NCBI GenBank assembly: GCA_012730045.1
Contig: JAAYBR010000143.1
Span: forward strand, 26,785-90,784
DNA: 64,000 bases
Direction: 5' to 3'
DNA from: Candidatus Hydrogenedentota bacterium
GTDB lineage: Bacteria > Hydrogenedentota > Hydrogenedentia > Hydrogenedentales > CAITNO01
Shown here piece by piece: positions 17,665-26,403 of this stretch. Position numbers and translations under genes: made by a program. Numbering within the stretch: the stretch's first letter is position 1; each line of letters opens with the position of its first letter. The notes below the pieces were generated by a model. The model ran no database searches, was not told where the DNA came from, and saw only the letters and a program-made list of their open reading frames with translations.

Positions 17665-18138
17665 TCAGTCCGCCCCGGCCATTTTGGCGAGCAGCGCCTC
17701 CAGCGCCCGCGAGGTCGCCCAGGCCTGGGTTTTGCGCACAACGGGAAAAACCACCGGCAGCGGGAGAATGGTGAGCGCGCAGACCCACAGCAGCTCTGGC
17801 CGTTTGTTGACTGTGATGAAGACCACCGAAAGCGCGACCGTTTGCACCACGGCGATCACGCCGATGACGACAAGCAGGAACTTCAGGACGGAGCGCAGGT
17901 TCCCGAACTCGGCGTTCAGAACGAGCTCCTGGCCGATGACCGTGACACTTCCCCGCGAGACCATGAGCAGGGGCTGCTTGTTGGTCTTCCAGAAGGACAC
18001 GGGATTCTCAAAGAACACCTGGTTTCCCGTCGGCGGGAGCGCCTGATACCCCGCGTCGGCCAGCAGCCGCCCCGCGCGCGCCAGTGCCGCGTCCCGGTCC
18101 CCCGTGAACGCCGCCCGGCCTTCATAATCGTCCGCCAT
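17665..18138 (-). CDS. small two-TM membrane protein, hypothetical
   Basis: 157 aa. AGGAG upstream of the ATG. Overlaps the upstream RHH gene by 17 nt. Two hydrophobic helices sit in the C-terminal half. No known domain. Confidence 0.5.
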   Translation of the reverse strand: MADDYEGRAAFTGDRDAALARAGRLLADAGYQALPPTGNQVFFENPVSFWKTNKQPLLMVSRGSVTVIGQELVLNAEFGNLRSVLKFLLVVIGVIAVVQTVALSVVFITVNKRPELLWVCALTILPLPVVFPVVRKTQAWATSRALEALLAKMAGAD

Positions 18139-18322
18139 CTTCCTCAGGCTCCTTTGCCTCCGGTTCGGTCCTCTTCCGCTCCCTCCCGCGCTTTCGCACG
18201 GCGTCGCGGAGCAGATACTCGATCTGGCCGTTGAGGCTGCGGAGTTCGTCCGCGGCCCAGCGGTTCAGGTCTTCGAGCAGCTCCGGCGGCAGCCGCAGCA
18301 GGAAGGACTTTTTCTCGGCCAC
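18122..18322 (-). CDS. Arc-type ribbon-helix-helix DNA-binding protein
   Basis: 66 aa. [39 protein letters not shown] matches the Arc/MetJ-like RHH pattern (beta-strand RLP, then two helices). It has a basic then acidic C-terminal tail. GTG start. Confidence 0.65.
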   Translation of the reverse strand: MAEKKSFLLRLPPELLEDLNRWAADELRSLNGQIEYLLRDAVRKRGRERKRTEPEAKEPEEDGGRL

Positions 18323-18337
18323 GTTGACGCCCCCGTC

Positions 18338-19213
18338 CTACTGGTACAGCGTGCCCGCGTTCACCACGGGCCGGGTGGACTCGTGGCTGCACAGCACCAC
18401 CAGAAGGTTGCTGACCATCGCTGCCTTCCGCTCGTCGTCCAGCGGAAAACGCTTTGACTCCTCCAGTTTGTCCAGCGCCATCTCCACCATGCCCACGGCG
18501 CCCTCCACGATGCGGGCGCGCGCCGCCACCACGGCCTCCGCCTGCTGGCGCTGGAGCATGGCCCCCGCGATCTCCGGCGCGTAGGCCAGATGGGCGAGCC
18601 GGCTCTCCTCCACCACCACCCCCGCCGGGGCCACCCGCTCCTGCACCTCCTGCTGGAGCGCTTTCGAGACCTCGTCCGTGCTGCCGCGCAGCGAAATCTC
18701 CTCCGTGGCGTGGAAGTCGTCGTAGGGGTAGGCCATCGCCATGTGCCGCAGCGCCGCCTCGCTCTGGACGGCGACGTAGTTCTCAAAATGGTCCACGTCG
18801 AAAATGGCCTTGGCCGCGTCTGCCACCCGCCACACCATGACCGCCGCGATCTCGATCGGGTTCCCGCGCAGGTCGTTCACCTTGATCGTCGCCCCGTTCA
18901 GGTTGCGGCGGCGCAGGGACACCTTGCGCTTGAGGTAAAACGGGTTCGCCCAGTGGAACCCGCTCTCGCGCACCGTGCCCATGTATTTCCCGAACAGGAT
19001 GAGCGCGGCGGCCTCGTTCGGCTGGAGGGTGAAGAAGCCCCCCGCACAGACCACCCATACCGTGCCGAGAAGGGCGAGCACGACAACGACCGGCACGGCC
19101 TCGTTGGCGGCCCCCCAGACGATTCCCGAGGCGATCAGGACGCCTGTTGTGAAGAGGAGAAAGAGCATCATCCACCCGTTGGCGACAGTCCGCGGCACAT
19201 CCCTGGTAACCAT
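18338..19213 (-). CDS. SPFH/band-7 (stomatin/HflC-like) membrane protein
   Basis: Track ORF 18338..19237 trimmed to the ATG at 19213 (AAAGGAG 8 nt upstream). N-terminal TM helix, then an SPFH domain and a C-terminal coiled coil ([18 protein letters not shown]). Confidence 0.8.
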   Translation of the reverse strand: MVTRDVPRTVANGWMMLFLLFTTGVLIASGIVWGAANEAVPVVVVLALLGTVWVVCAGGFFTLQPNEAAALILFGKYMGTVRESGFHWANPFYLKRKVSLRRRNLNGATIKVNDLRGNPIEIAAVMVWRVADAAKAIFDVDHFENYVAVQSEAALRHMAMAYPYDDFHATEEISLRGSTDEVSKALQQEVQERVAPAGVVVEESRLAHLAYAPEIAGAMLQRQQAEAVVAARARIVEGAVGMVEMALDKLEESKRFPLDDERKAAMVSNLLVVLCSHESTRPVVNAGTLYQ

Positions 19214-19243
19214 GTCCTGGTCTCCTTTCAAAACCATATCATT

Positions 19244-19272
19244 ATGATATCATCTCCGGAGACAGAAGTCAA
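19244..19272 (-). promoter_or_regulatory. sigma70-type promoter of the SPFH operon (-35 TTGACT, 17 nt, -10 TATCAT)
   Basis: Read on the minus strand: TTGACTtctgtctccggagatgaTATCAT. It lies in a locally AT-rich patch. The predicted transcription start is near 19237, just upstream of the SD and the ATG at 19213. The palindrome TGATATCA is embedded. Confidence 0.45.
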
Positions 19273-19307
19273 CCCCTGTTTTTCACCGCGGGTTGCCGGA
19301 TCCCCCC

Positions 19308-20915
19308 TCAGGCCAGCGAGTTCAGATACTCCTCCAGACGGGTGTATCCGTCCGGGCCGGTCTCCGCGCCGTCGGCGGGGTTGGCGGGGTCGAGGCCGTG
19401 GGTGCGCTCCCAGTCGTCCGGCATGCCGTCGTGGTCGGTGTCCGGGGGCGCGGGAAGGCTGTTCAGTTCGGGCCAGCCGCCGACAGCGGCCTGGGAGTCT
19501 ATGATTCCCTTTCCCCCGCCCTCGTAGGTCTCCCCGAATTTCGCGGTGCCGGTGCGCACCTCGTGGACGATGCGGGTGTCCACGGCGTCCCGCCGCAGGG
19601 AGCACCCCGCCTGCCGCAGCACCGCCTCGAAGGCGTCCTCCGCAGACTGTGTTTCCACGGGGGCCACGACGTAGGGGGTGGTGACGCGGAGGGTTGCCTC
19701 GGTGGCTTCGCCGTCGGGGGCGAAATGGACGCCGCCGTTCCAGTTGTCGCGGGTGATCTTCGGGAAGCCCCAGACGAAGTTGCCGTCGCAGTACATCTTT
19801 CCGCGCGGGTCCTTCTGGAGGAAGATGCGTCCGCGCACCTCCCTGTCCGTGGCGGGGCCGTGTTTGTAGTAGTTGTTGATCCAGTTGCGCGGCCACATCT
19901 CGCCGCCGTAGGCGCTGTTGAACCCCCAGTTGTAGATGACGTTGTTGCGCATGTCCATGAGCCCGGACGCCTCGTTGCCCGAGGCGCGGGGGTTCCGGCT
20001 GGAGTGGTGCGCGAGGAGGTTGTGGTGCCACGAGCCGCCCGGGCCGCCCCACAGGCCGCCGTAGCCGTGCTTCCCCTTCTTGTGTATCGAGTCGGTGAGG
20101 CTTTCGGTCACCATGCACCACTGCACCGTGGCGTTGGCCCCCTTGTTGATGGAGAGCGTCTCGTCCACCCCCCAGCTCACGGAGCAGTGGTCCACCAGGA
20201 GATGGTCCCCCTCCCCGCCGAAAGCGTCCTGCTCCTTCTTGGTCTCGTCGCCCGGACGGAACCGCATATACCGCACAATCAGATGCTGGGTGTTGAAACT
20301 GACCTGGTAGTCCTTCACGCAGATGCCGTCGCCCGGGGCGGTCTGGCCCGCAATGGTCAGAAAGGGGTTCCTGATCTTGATCTGGGACGCCAGGGCGATG
20401 TTTCCCGAGACACGGAAGACGACGGTCCGCGGCCCCTCCGCCTCGCAGGCCTCCCGGAAACTGCCGGGGCCGCTGTCGCCCAGATGGGTCACCTCAAATA
20501 CCCTTCCGCCGCGCCCGCCGATCGTGTACTTGCCGAAACCCTCGGCCCCCGGAAACGCCGGGACGCGGTCCGGACGGAAACGGGACAGCACGAGAAACGG
20601 CGCGTGGTCCTGGTAGGCCGTGTCGCAGAGCCATCCCCCGGGCAGCACGATGCGGTCAAAGCGTCCGGTCACGGATTCCACGCCCTCTCCGAACACGGCA
20701 ACGGAGGTGTTCTCGTGCGGCTCAATGCGTCCGGAAAAGGAAACCGCGAGCGTTCCAGAAAGGGCCCATCGTCCCGAGGTGACGGTCTCCCCCGCCGTTC
20801 CGTCGGTGATCACGAAGGTTCTTCCGTCCGCCGGAAGGGGCTCCTGGGCCGCGCAGGTTCCGGCGGCCAGCAGAAGGGAGAAAACCGCCGGGAAACAAGA
20901 GGAAAACCGGTGCAT
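19308..20915 (-). CDS. secreted pectate-lyase-like right-handed beta-helix protein (PL1-like) with C-terminal Ca-binding/dockerin-like tail
   Basis: Track ORF 19308..22022 trimmed to MHRFSSCFPAVFSLLLAAGTCAAQ (signal peptide; AAGGAG upstream). Motifs LLVDHCSVSWGVDE and HHNLLAHHSSRNPR resemble the vWiDH and RxPxxR blocks of pectate lyases. The C-terminus DTDHDGMPDDWERTHGLDP is an EF-hand/dockerin-like segment. Confidence 0.55.
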   Translation of the reverse strand: MHRFSSCFPAVFSLLLAAGTCAAQEPLPADGRTFVITDGTAGETVTSGRWALSGTLAVSFSGRIEPHENTSVAVFGEGVESVTGRFDRIVLPGGWLCDTAYQDHAPFLVLSRFRPDRVPAFPGAEGFGKYTIGGRGGRVFEVTHLGDSGPGSFREACEAEGPRTVVFRVSGNIALASQIKIRNPFLTIAGQTAPGDGICVKDYQVSFNTQHLIVRYMRFRPGDETKKEQDAFGGEGDHLLVDHCSVSWGVDETLSINKGANATVQWCMVTESLTDSIHKKGKHGYGGLWGGPGGSWHHNLLAHHSSRNPRASGNEASGLMDMRNNVIYNWGFNSAYGGEMWPRNWINNYYKHGPATDREVRGRIFLQKDPRGKMYCDGNFVWGFPKITRDNWNGGVHFAPDGEATEATLRVTTPYVVAPVETQSAEDAFEAVLRQAGCSLRRDAVDTRIVHEVRTGTAKFGETYEGGGKGIIDSQAAVGGWPELNSLPAPPDTDHDGMPDDWERTHGLDPANPADGAETGPDGYTRLEEYLNSLA

Positions 20916-21067
20916 GGGGCGCGCTCCTTGCGCCGGCCTGTCCTTGCGCCGGCCGCATTTTCCGCCAGTCTGAACCGCCTTCCCGGCGCGTGTCAACCCC
21001 CGGGGCGCGGGCGGCGTTGTTCCAGCAGACGCGAAAGCAAGATAGCCCAAAGCCCTTTCCTGTCTAT

Positions 21068-21129
21068 GGAACGTGGACGAAGTTCCTGCCTGTCCTCCCC
21101 CTCCCGTCCACGTTCCTCTTTTTTTGTCC
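21068..21129 (+). terminator. orphan plus-strand intrinsic-terminator-like hairpin (12-bp stem + T9)
   Basis: GGAACGTGGACG - 25 nt - CGTCCACGTTCC followed by TCTTTTTTTGTCC. There is no plus-strand CDS upstream. The loop is long for a canonical terminator. Confidence 0.35.
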
Positions 21130-21169
21130 GCGCGTGTTTTCCGGAGGACGGAGGACGGTGTCAGAACAG

Positions 21170-21400
21170 CCCGCGCAGAACAGGCATGCCCCAACGGGGC
21201 GGCCGAAATTGCGGCGGGGAGTGCCCGCCGGCCTTGGGGAAACGCGCGGCCACGGTCGTTCTTCGCGGGCTCCCGCGCGGGCAGGCCCACGCGAAGAAAG
21301 GCGGCAGCAAGCCACCGCACTCCAAGGCGCTGCGCGCTGTGCGGATCCGGGGCCGCGGGGGGCTGGACGTCATGGACAGGCAAGACACCCCCCGCGCGCT
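21170..21400 (+). repeat. dispersed structured intergenic repeat, copy C (3'-truncated)
   Basis: It matches copy B from CATGCCCCAACGGGGCGGCCGAAATT through ...CGGATCCGGGGCCGCGG. It lies between the gspF stop and the pectate lyase start. Confidence 0.55.
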
Positions 21401-21472
21401 TCCCTGCCCGTGCCGTCTCCATGGGATTCGGTTGGCCGCCAACCCCCGGCGCCGCGAGTTCCGGGTTTTGGC

Positions 21473-22687
21473 CTAGGCCCCAATGGTGGAGCTGAGGGTG
21501 AGCATGGGCAGGAGCATGGCGATGACGAGGAAGCCGACGACGACGCCCATGACCACGATGAGGAGGGGCTCGAAGAGGGCGGCCATGGCCTTGACGGCGC
21601 GGTCCACCTCGATGTCGTAGGCGTCGGCGACGCGCTTGGCGACGGCGCCCACGCGGCCGCTCTCCTCGCCGACGGCGAACATGCTCACGACCATGGGGGT
21701 GAAGAACAGGCGCTTGCGGAGGCACTCGCTGAGGCTTTCGCCCTCGGTGATGCCGATGTGGATCTGGCTGACCTCGTCGCGGATGAGGCGGTTGGTCATG
21801 GTGTCGGCGGTGATCTTGATGGACGTGAGGATGGGGACGCCGTTGTCCATGAGGGTGCCGAGGGTGCGGGCGAACTTGGCCATCTCGTACTTGACGATGA
21901 CGGTTCGGATGACGGGAACGCGCAGAAGGAAGGTGTCCATCTGCCGCCGGCCGGTGTCGGTGCGGACATGGCGCACCACGGCGGTGCCCAGGACGAAGAG
22001 GACGATCAGGACGGCCCACCACCAGGTGCCCATGAAGTCGCAGAAGCCCATGACCATGCGGGTGGGCAGGGGAAGTTCGGCGTTGAACTCCTCGAAAATG
22101 GTGACAAACTTGGGGAACACGAAGGAGACGAGGATGAAGATGGCGATGGAGCCGATGGACAGCAGGAAGGCCGGGTAGATCATGGCGGAGGTGGCCTTGC
22201 CGCGCAGCTCCTCCTCCTGCTCGCCGAAGGCGCAGATGCGCCAGAGCACCTCCTCCAGCATGCCGCCGGTTTCCCCCGCGCGGACCAGGTTGCTGTACAT
22301 GGCGGGGAAGAGGTCGGGGTGCCGGTCCATGGCGTCGGCGAGGCTGTTGCCCTTCTGGACGTCGTCGCGGAGCTGGTCAATGACCTTGGCCAGTTTGGGG
22401 TTTTCGGTCTGCTCGACCAGGGTGCGCAGGGCGCGGGTGATCATCATGCCGGACTCGCACAGGTTGGCGAGCTGGCGCAGGAAGAGGTTGCGGTCCTTCA
22501 GGCGGATGCGGGACAGGGCGTCGCGGAGGGAGTCCTTCGCCTGCTTCTCGCGGAACTCCTCCACGCGGAGGGGGAAGAAGCCCATGTCCCGCAGGCGGGA
22601 GATGGCGGCGCGCTGGTTCTCGGCCTCGACCATGCCCGTGACCGGCGCGCCGGGGCCCTTTTTCGCCTCATACTGGAACTGGGGCAT
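21473..22687 (-). CDS. gspF: type II secretion system / type IV pilus inner-membrane platform protein GspF/PilC
   Basis: 404 aa. Two GspF repeats with three TM helices. The 5' end overlaps the gspE stop by 20 nt. Confidence 0.85.
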   Translation of the reverse strand: MPQFQYEAKKGPGAPVTGMVEAENQRAAISRLRDMGFFPLRVEEFREKQAKDSLRDALSRIRLKDRNLFLRQLANLCESGMMITRALRTLVEQTENPKLAKVIDQLRDDVQKGNSLADAMDRHPDLFPAMYSNLVRAGETGGMLEEVLWRICAFGEQEEELRGKATSAMIYPAFLLSIGSIAIFILVSFVFPKFVTIFEEFNAELPLPTRMVMGFCDFMGTWWWAVLIVLFVLGTAVVRHVRTDTGRRQMDTFLLRVPVIRTVIVKYEMAKFARTLGTLMDNGVPILTSIKITADTMTNRLIRDEVSQIHIGITEGESLSECLRKRLFFTPMVVSMFAVGEESGRVGAVAKRVADAYDIEVDRAVKAMAALFEPLLIVVMGVVVGFLVIAMLLPMLTLSSTIGA

Positions 22688-24422
22688 TGCTTCGGTCCGT
22701 GCCGAGTCCGAAGTCCTCGGTGTCTGCGGTCAGCCGGAGGACCTCCTCGAAGGTGGTGCCCCCCGATTTCACACGCTGCCACCCGGAATAACGCAGGGTC
22801 TTCATGCCGTTGCGCATGGCGACCCGCTTGATGTCCAGCGCGTTGAGCCGCTCCACGGTCATGCGCTTGATCTCCTCGGTGAAGGCGAGCATCTCATAGA
22901 TGGCGAGGCGGCCCCTGAAGCCCGTGTGGCGGCAGGCGTCGCAGCCGCGGCCGTGCCGGAAGGCGGCGCCCTCCAGCTGGTCGGGCCGCAGCCCGAACTC
23001 GCGGAGGAGCAGCTCCGTGTCCGGCTCGTGGGGCTCGCCGCACTCGCGGCAGACGCGGCGGACCAGGCGCTGGGCGATGGAGGCGATCATGGTGCTGGAG
23101 ATGAGGAAGGGCTCGATGCCCATGTCCACGAGGCGGGTGACGGCCCCGGCGGAGTCGTTGGTGTGCAGGGTGCTCAGGACCAGGTGGCCCGTGAGGCTGG
23201 ACCGGATCGCCATTTCGGCGGTCTCGTAGTCGCGGATCTCGCCCACGAGCATGATGTCGGGGTCGTGGCGGAGCATGGCCCGCAGGCCCAGGGCGAAGTC
23301 GAACCCGATTTTCGGCTGCACCTGCATCTGGGAAACCCCGGCGAGCTGGTACTCGATGGGGTCCTCGATGGTGATGATCTTCCGGTCGAGCTGGTTGAGC
23401 TTCGCCAGGGCGGCGTAGAGCGTCGTGGTCTTGCCGCTGCCCGTGGGGCCCGTCACGAGGATGATGCCGTGGGGCTTGGTGATGAACCGGTTGAACACCT
23501 CCAGGTCCTCGGCGAGGAAGCCGAGCTGGTCCAGCGTCATCGCCATGGACGAGCGGCTCAGGATGCGGATGTTCACCGTCTCGCCGTGCGGCGTGGGCAG
23601 GATCGAGACGCGCAGGTCGTAGTGGTTGTCGCCGAAGGAGGCGAGGATTTTGCCGTCCTGCGGCAGGCGCTTCTCCGCGATGTTAAGGTTGGCCATGATT
23701 TTGATGCGCGAGACGATGGCCGAGTGGAAGCCCCGGATGCTCGGGGGCGTCGGGGCCTGGTGCAGGATGCCGTCAATGCGGTACCGGACGCGCAGGGCCT
23801 CCTCGAAGGGCTCGATGTGGATGTCCGTCGTGTCCGACTGGATCGCCTCGAGGATCAGCTCGTTCACGAACTTGATGATGGAGGCGTCTATGCTGTCGTC
23901 GCCGAGGTCCGAGCTGGACTGCGAGGACTCCAGGTTCACCACGCCCTCGGCGCCCTCGGCCGCGCTGATGAGCATCTTCTCCATCGTGTCCGCGCCCACG
24001 CCGTAGAGGTCGCGGGTGACCCGGGCGATCTCCTGCGGGGTGGTCACCACGGCCTCGATGCGCCGCTTGAGCACCAGGCGGATGTCGTCCAGAAGCTGGG
24101 CGTTCAGCGGGTCACTTACGGCGACCACCAGCAGGCCGTCCCGCTCCTGCACGGGGACGAAGCCGTAGTGCGTGGCGAAGCGGGCGGGAACCTTGCTGAT
24201 CAGTTCCGGGGGGATGGTGATCTTCGACGGGAGGACGAAGCGCATTTCGCAGAACTGGGCGAGGGCCTCGTAGGCCTTTTCGGGGGGGAGGTAGCCCATC
24301 TGCACGACGGCGGCCAGGAGACTCAGGCCGTTTTTCGCGGCCTCGGCCCGGGCGCGCTCCAGACGCGCCGCGTCCAGGACCTCCTGCCTCAGCAGAAACT
24401 GCTCAAAACCGCTCGCGGCCAC
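22668..24422 (-). CDS. gspE: type II secretion ATPase GspE (PilB-like)
   Basis: 584 aa. N-terminal GspE_N domain, Walker A GPTGSGKTTT, Asp box, Walker B and His box, and the tetracysteine motif CRECGEPHEP...CDAC. GTG start preceded by ACGGAGGAC. Confidence 0.9.
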   Translation of the reverse strand: MAASGFEQFLLRQEVLDAARLERARAEAAKNGLSLLAAVVQMGYLPPEKAYEALAQFCEMRFVLPSKITIPPELISKVPARFATHYGFVPVQERDGLLVVAVSDPLNAQLLDDIRLVLKRRIEAVVTTPQEIARVTRDLYGVGADTMEKMLISAAEGAEGVVNLESSQSSSDLGDDSIDASIIKFVNELILEAIQSDTTDIHIEPFEEALRVRYRIDGILHQAPTPPSIRGFHSAIVSRIKIMANLNIAEKRLPQDGKILASFGDNHYDLRVSILPTPHGETVNIRILSRSSMAMTLDQLGFLAEDLEVFNRFITKPHGIILVTGPTGSGKTTTLYAALAKLNQLDRKIITIEDPIEYQLAGVSQMQVQPKIGFDFALGLRAMLRHDPDIMLVGEIRDYETAEMAIRSSLTGHLVLSTLHTNDSAGAVTRLVDMGIEPFLISSTMIASIAQRLVRRVCRECGEPHEPDTELLLREFGLRPDQLEGAAFRHGRGCDACRHTGFRGRLAIYEMLAFTEEIKRMTVERLNALDIKRVAMRNGMKTLRYSGWQRVKSGGTTFEEVLRLTADTEDFGLGTDRSNAPVPV

Positions 24423-24493
24423 CGGCCGTCCTCCGTGGGTTGTCGTTCAGGCGCGGATTATACCACAGCCCCCGGCGGCCTCCCGCCGGCCTC

Positions 24494-25537
24494 TCAGGGT
24501 TCCAGGCGCGCCAGGGCCGCCTGGGCCTGGGTGCTGACCGCGGGGCTGCCGCCCGAGGCCGCCTGGAGAAACAGGTCGCGCGCCTGCGCCTCGTCGTGGA
24601 AGGCGTCGCAGTAGAGGCCGCCAAGCGCCAGGTTGAGCTGGGCGACGGCCGCAGGCTCGACACAGCGGCTGCGGGCGTCCTCCAGGGCCAGGACGGCGGC
24701 GGCGGGGTCCTGTCCGGCGGCGGCGCCGGAGGGGTGGATGATCTGGCTGACAGCGGCGGCGGCGAGCATGGTCCCCGGATACCGGGCGATGACGCGCTCC
24801 AGCTGTGGCAGGGCCTCCTCCCGGTGCTCCCGGGCGAAGTCCAGGGCGCGCAGCGGCGCGTAGTCATACGCCCGCGCCTCGTCAAGGAGGTTAAACCGCT
24901 CAATGCTGCGGGGGTCGGTGGTGAAGGTGTCCGGATAGCGCTCGCGCAGACGGGTGTAGGCCGCGTGGGCCTGCGGGTACCGCTGCAGGTGGGCGTATTC
25001 CATGTCGGCCAGGAGGGCCTGGGCGGCGCCCGCCCCGGGATCGTCGGGGGCTGCGGCCAGCGCGCCGGTCAACGAGGTCCGGGCCCCGGCGAAATCCCGC
25101 CGCTGAAGCGAGGCGCGGGCCTGTTCCAGCACGCCTGCCAGCGGGGACGGGGCGGCGCTCTCCGCCGCCTCCCGTGTGGGGGCGGGTCCGGTCGGAAGCG
25201 GTCCCGCGGCGAAATACACCCCGGCGGCCAGCACGGCCACCGCCGCCGCGGCCAGCGCGCGCGGGAACGCCCGTGAATGGTGCGCGGCGGGGGCTTCCGC
25301 CAGTCCCGCGCGGACCGCGGGGAGCAGATCCCCGGTGAACTCCGGGGTTTCGAGGAGGTTCATGGCGCGCAGGGCGCGGAGCTCCGCAGCCTCCCGTCGG
25401 AACGACGGATCCTCGCGGAGCATTTCTTCCAGGAGGCGCTCGTCCTCCCCACTCAGGGTCTCGTACAGGGACGCGGCCAGGGCGCCCTCCGCGCGGCGCG
25501 CGCGTGACCAGGGGAAACGGGTCCAAAGAGGCATCAC
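24494..25537 (-). CDS. anti-sigma factor (single-pass membrane, TPR-like periplasmic domain)
   Basis: The start overlaps the sigma gene stop (ATGA). There is a central TM helix (ALAAAAVAVLAAGVYFAAG). The position immediately downstream of the ECF sigma gene is typical of anti-sigma factors. Confidence 0.55.
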   Translation of the reverse strand: MMPLWTRFPWSRARRAEGALAASLYETLSGEDERLLEEMLREDPSFRREAAELRALRAMNLLETPEFTGDLLPAVRAGLAEAPAAHHSRAFPRALAAAAVAVLAAGVYFAAGPLPTGPAPTREAAESAAPSPLAGVLEQARASLQRRDFAGARTSLTGALAAAPDDPGAGAAQALLADMEYAHLQRYPQAHAAYTRLRERYPDTFTTDPRSIERFNLLDEARAYDYAPLRALDFAREHREEALPQLERVIARYPGTMLAAAAVSQIIHPSGAAAGQDPAAAVLALEDARSRCVEPAAVAQLNLALGGLYCDAFHDEAQARDLFLQAASGGSPAVSTQAQAALARLEP

Positions 25538-26163
25538 TCGTCCCCTTCCCGCGCGTCCGGAGCGTCCGGCGCCATGTCTTTGAGTTCGGTGCGCAATTTC
25601 TTCAACGCCCTAAACAGGTGTACTTTCACACTGCCCACGGTGCAGCCCAGCTGCCCCGCTATCTCCACGAGGGAAAACCCCTCGAAGTGTCTGAGGACAA
25701 ACACGTCGCGCTGCATCGGCGACAGCACCCGCAACGCGCCGCGCACGCGCTCGTCAATCTCCCGCGCCGCCACCGCCTCGTCCGTCGCGGCCACATGCGG
25801 CTCCACGGGCGCGTGCTCCGTGTCGCCCACGAAGGCCTCGTCCAGCGCCTCCTGGGGCCGCCGGATCCGCTTGCGGACATGGTCTATCGCCTGGTTCGTC
25901 GTGAGCCGCAGGAGCCACGACAAAAAACTGCCCGTCGGCTCCCACGACGACAACTTCCGGTGGGCCTTGATCAGCGCGTCCTGCGCCGCGTCCAGGGCGT
26001 CCTCGCGGTTGCCCGTGACGCGGTAGGCCGCCGCGTACACCCGGCCCTGATACCGCCGCACGATCTCCTCGAAGGCGGCCGCGTCGCCCGCCCGCGCCGC
26101 CAGAGCCAGCGCGGTGTCGTCCGTGGCGGACCAGTCCTTCGTGTTGTGGCGGGACATCTGCAT
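25534..26163 (-). CDS. RNA polymerase ECF-type sigma-70 factor (sigma-24 family)
   Basis: Region 2 (YQGRVYAAAYRVTGNREDALDAAQDALIKAHR) and region 4 (VFVLRHFEGFSLVEIAGQLGCTVGSVKVHLFRALKKLR) are present. A possible autoregulated ECF promoter GTAAAC-N17-CGTTT lies upstream at ~26167-26194. Confidence 0.85.
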   Translation of the reverse strand: MQMSRHNTKDWSATDDTALALAARAGDAAAFEEIVRRYQGRVYAAAYRVTGNREDALDAAQDALIKAHRKLSSWEPTGSFLSWLLRLTTNQAIDHVRKRIRRPQEALDEAFVGDTEHAPVEPHVAATDEAVAAREIDERVRGALRVLSPMQRDVFVLRHFEGFSLVEIAGQLGCTVGSVKVHLFRALKKLRTELKDMAPDAPDAREGDE

Positions 26164-26403
26164 GCTAAACGAGCGCGCTCCGAAAAAGGTTTACAGGAAA
26201 GATGGCCGGGGCGGCCGAAAGGGTTCCCGGCTCCCGCGCCCAAGGGGCCATTGTACACGGTTCCGCAGGGCGCGCCCCAGTTGACCGCGCCGTGCCCGCC
26301 GGGGTATTGTTGCCCCCTTGGGGTGGTCAACCCGGCGGCCACAACATCCTGTGCGGGCGGCCGGGGACGCGCCCCCCCCTGTCCCCCCATCGAAAGGGCC
26401 CCC

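Noticed and set aside
21068-21129. Hairpin as the gspF terminator on the minus strand
   Set aside because: On the minus strand the poly-A run precedes the stem and no U-tract follows it, so it cannot act as an intrinsic terminator for gspF. It is oriented for plus-strand termination only.
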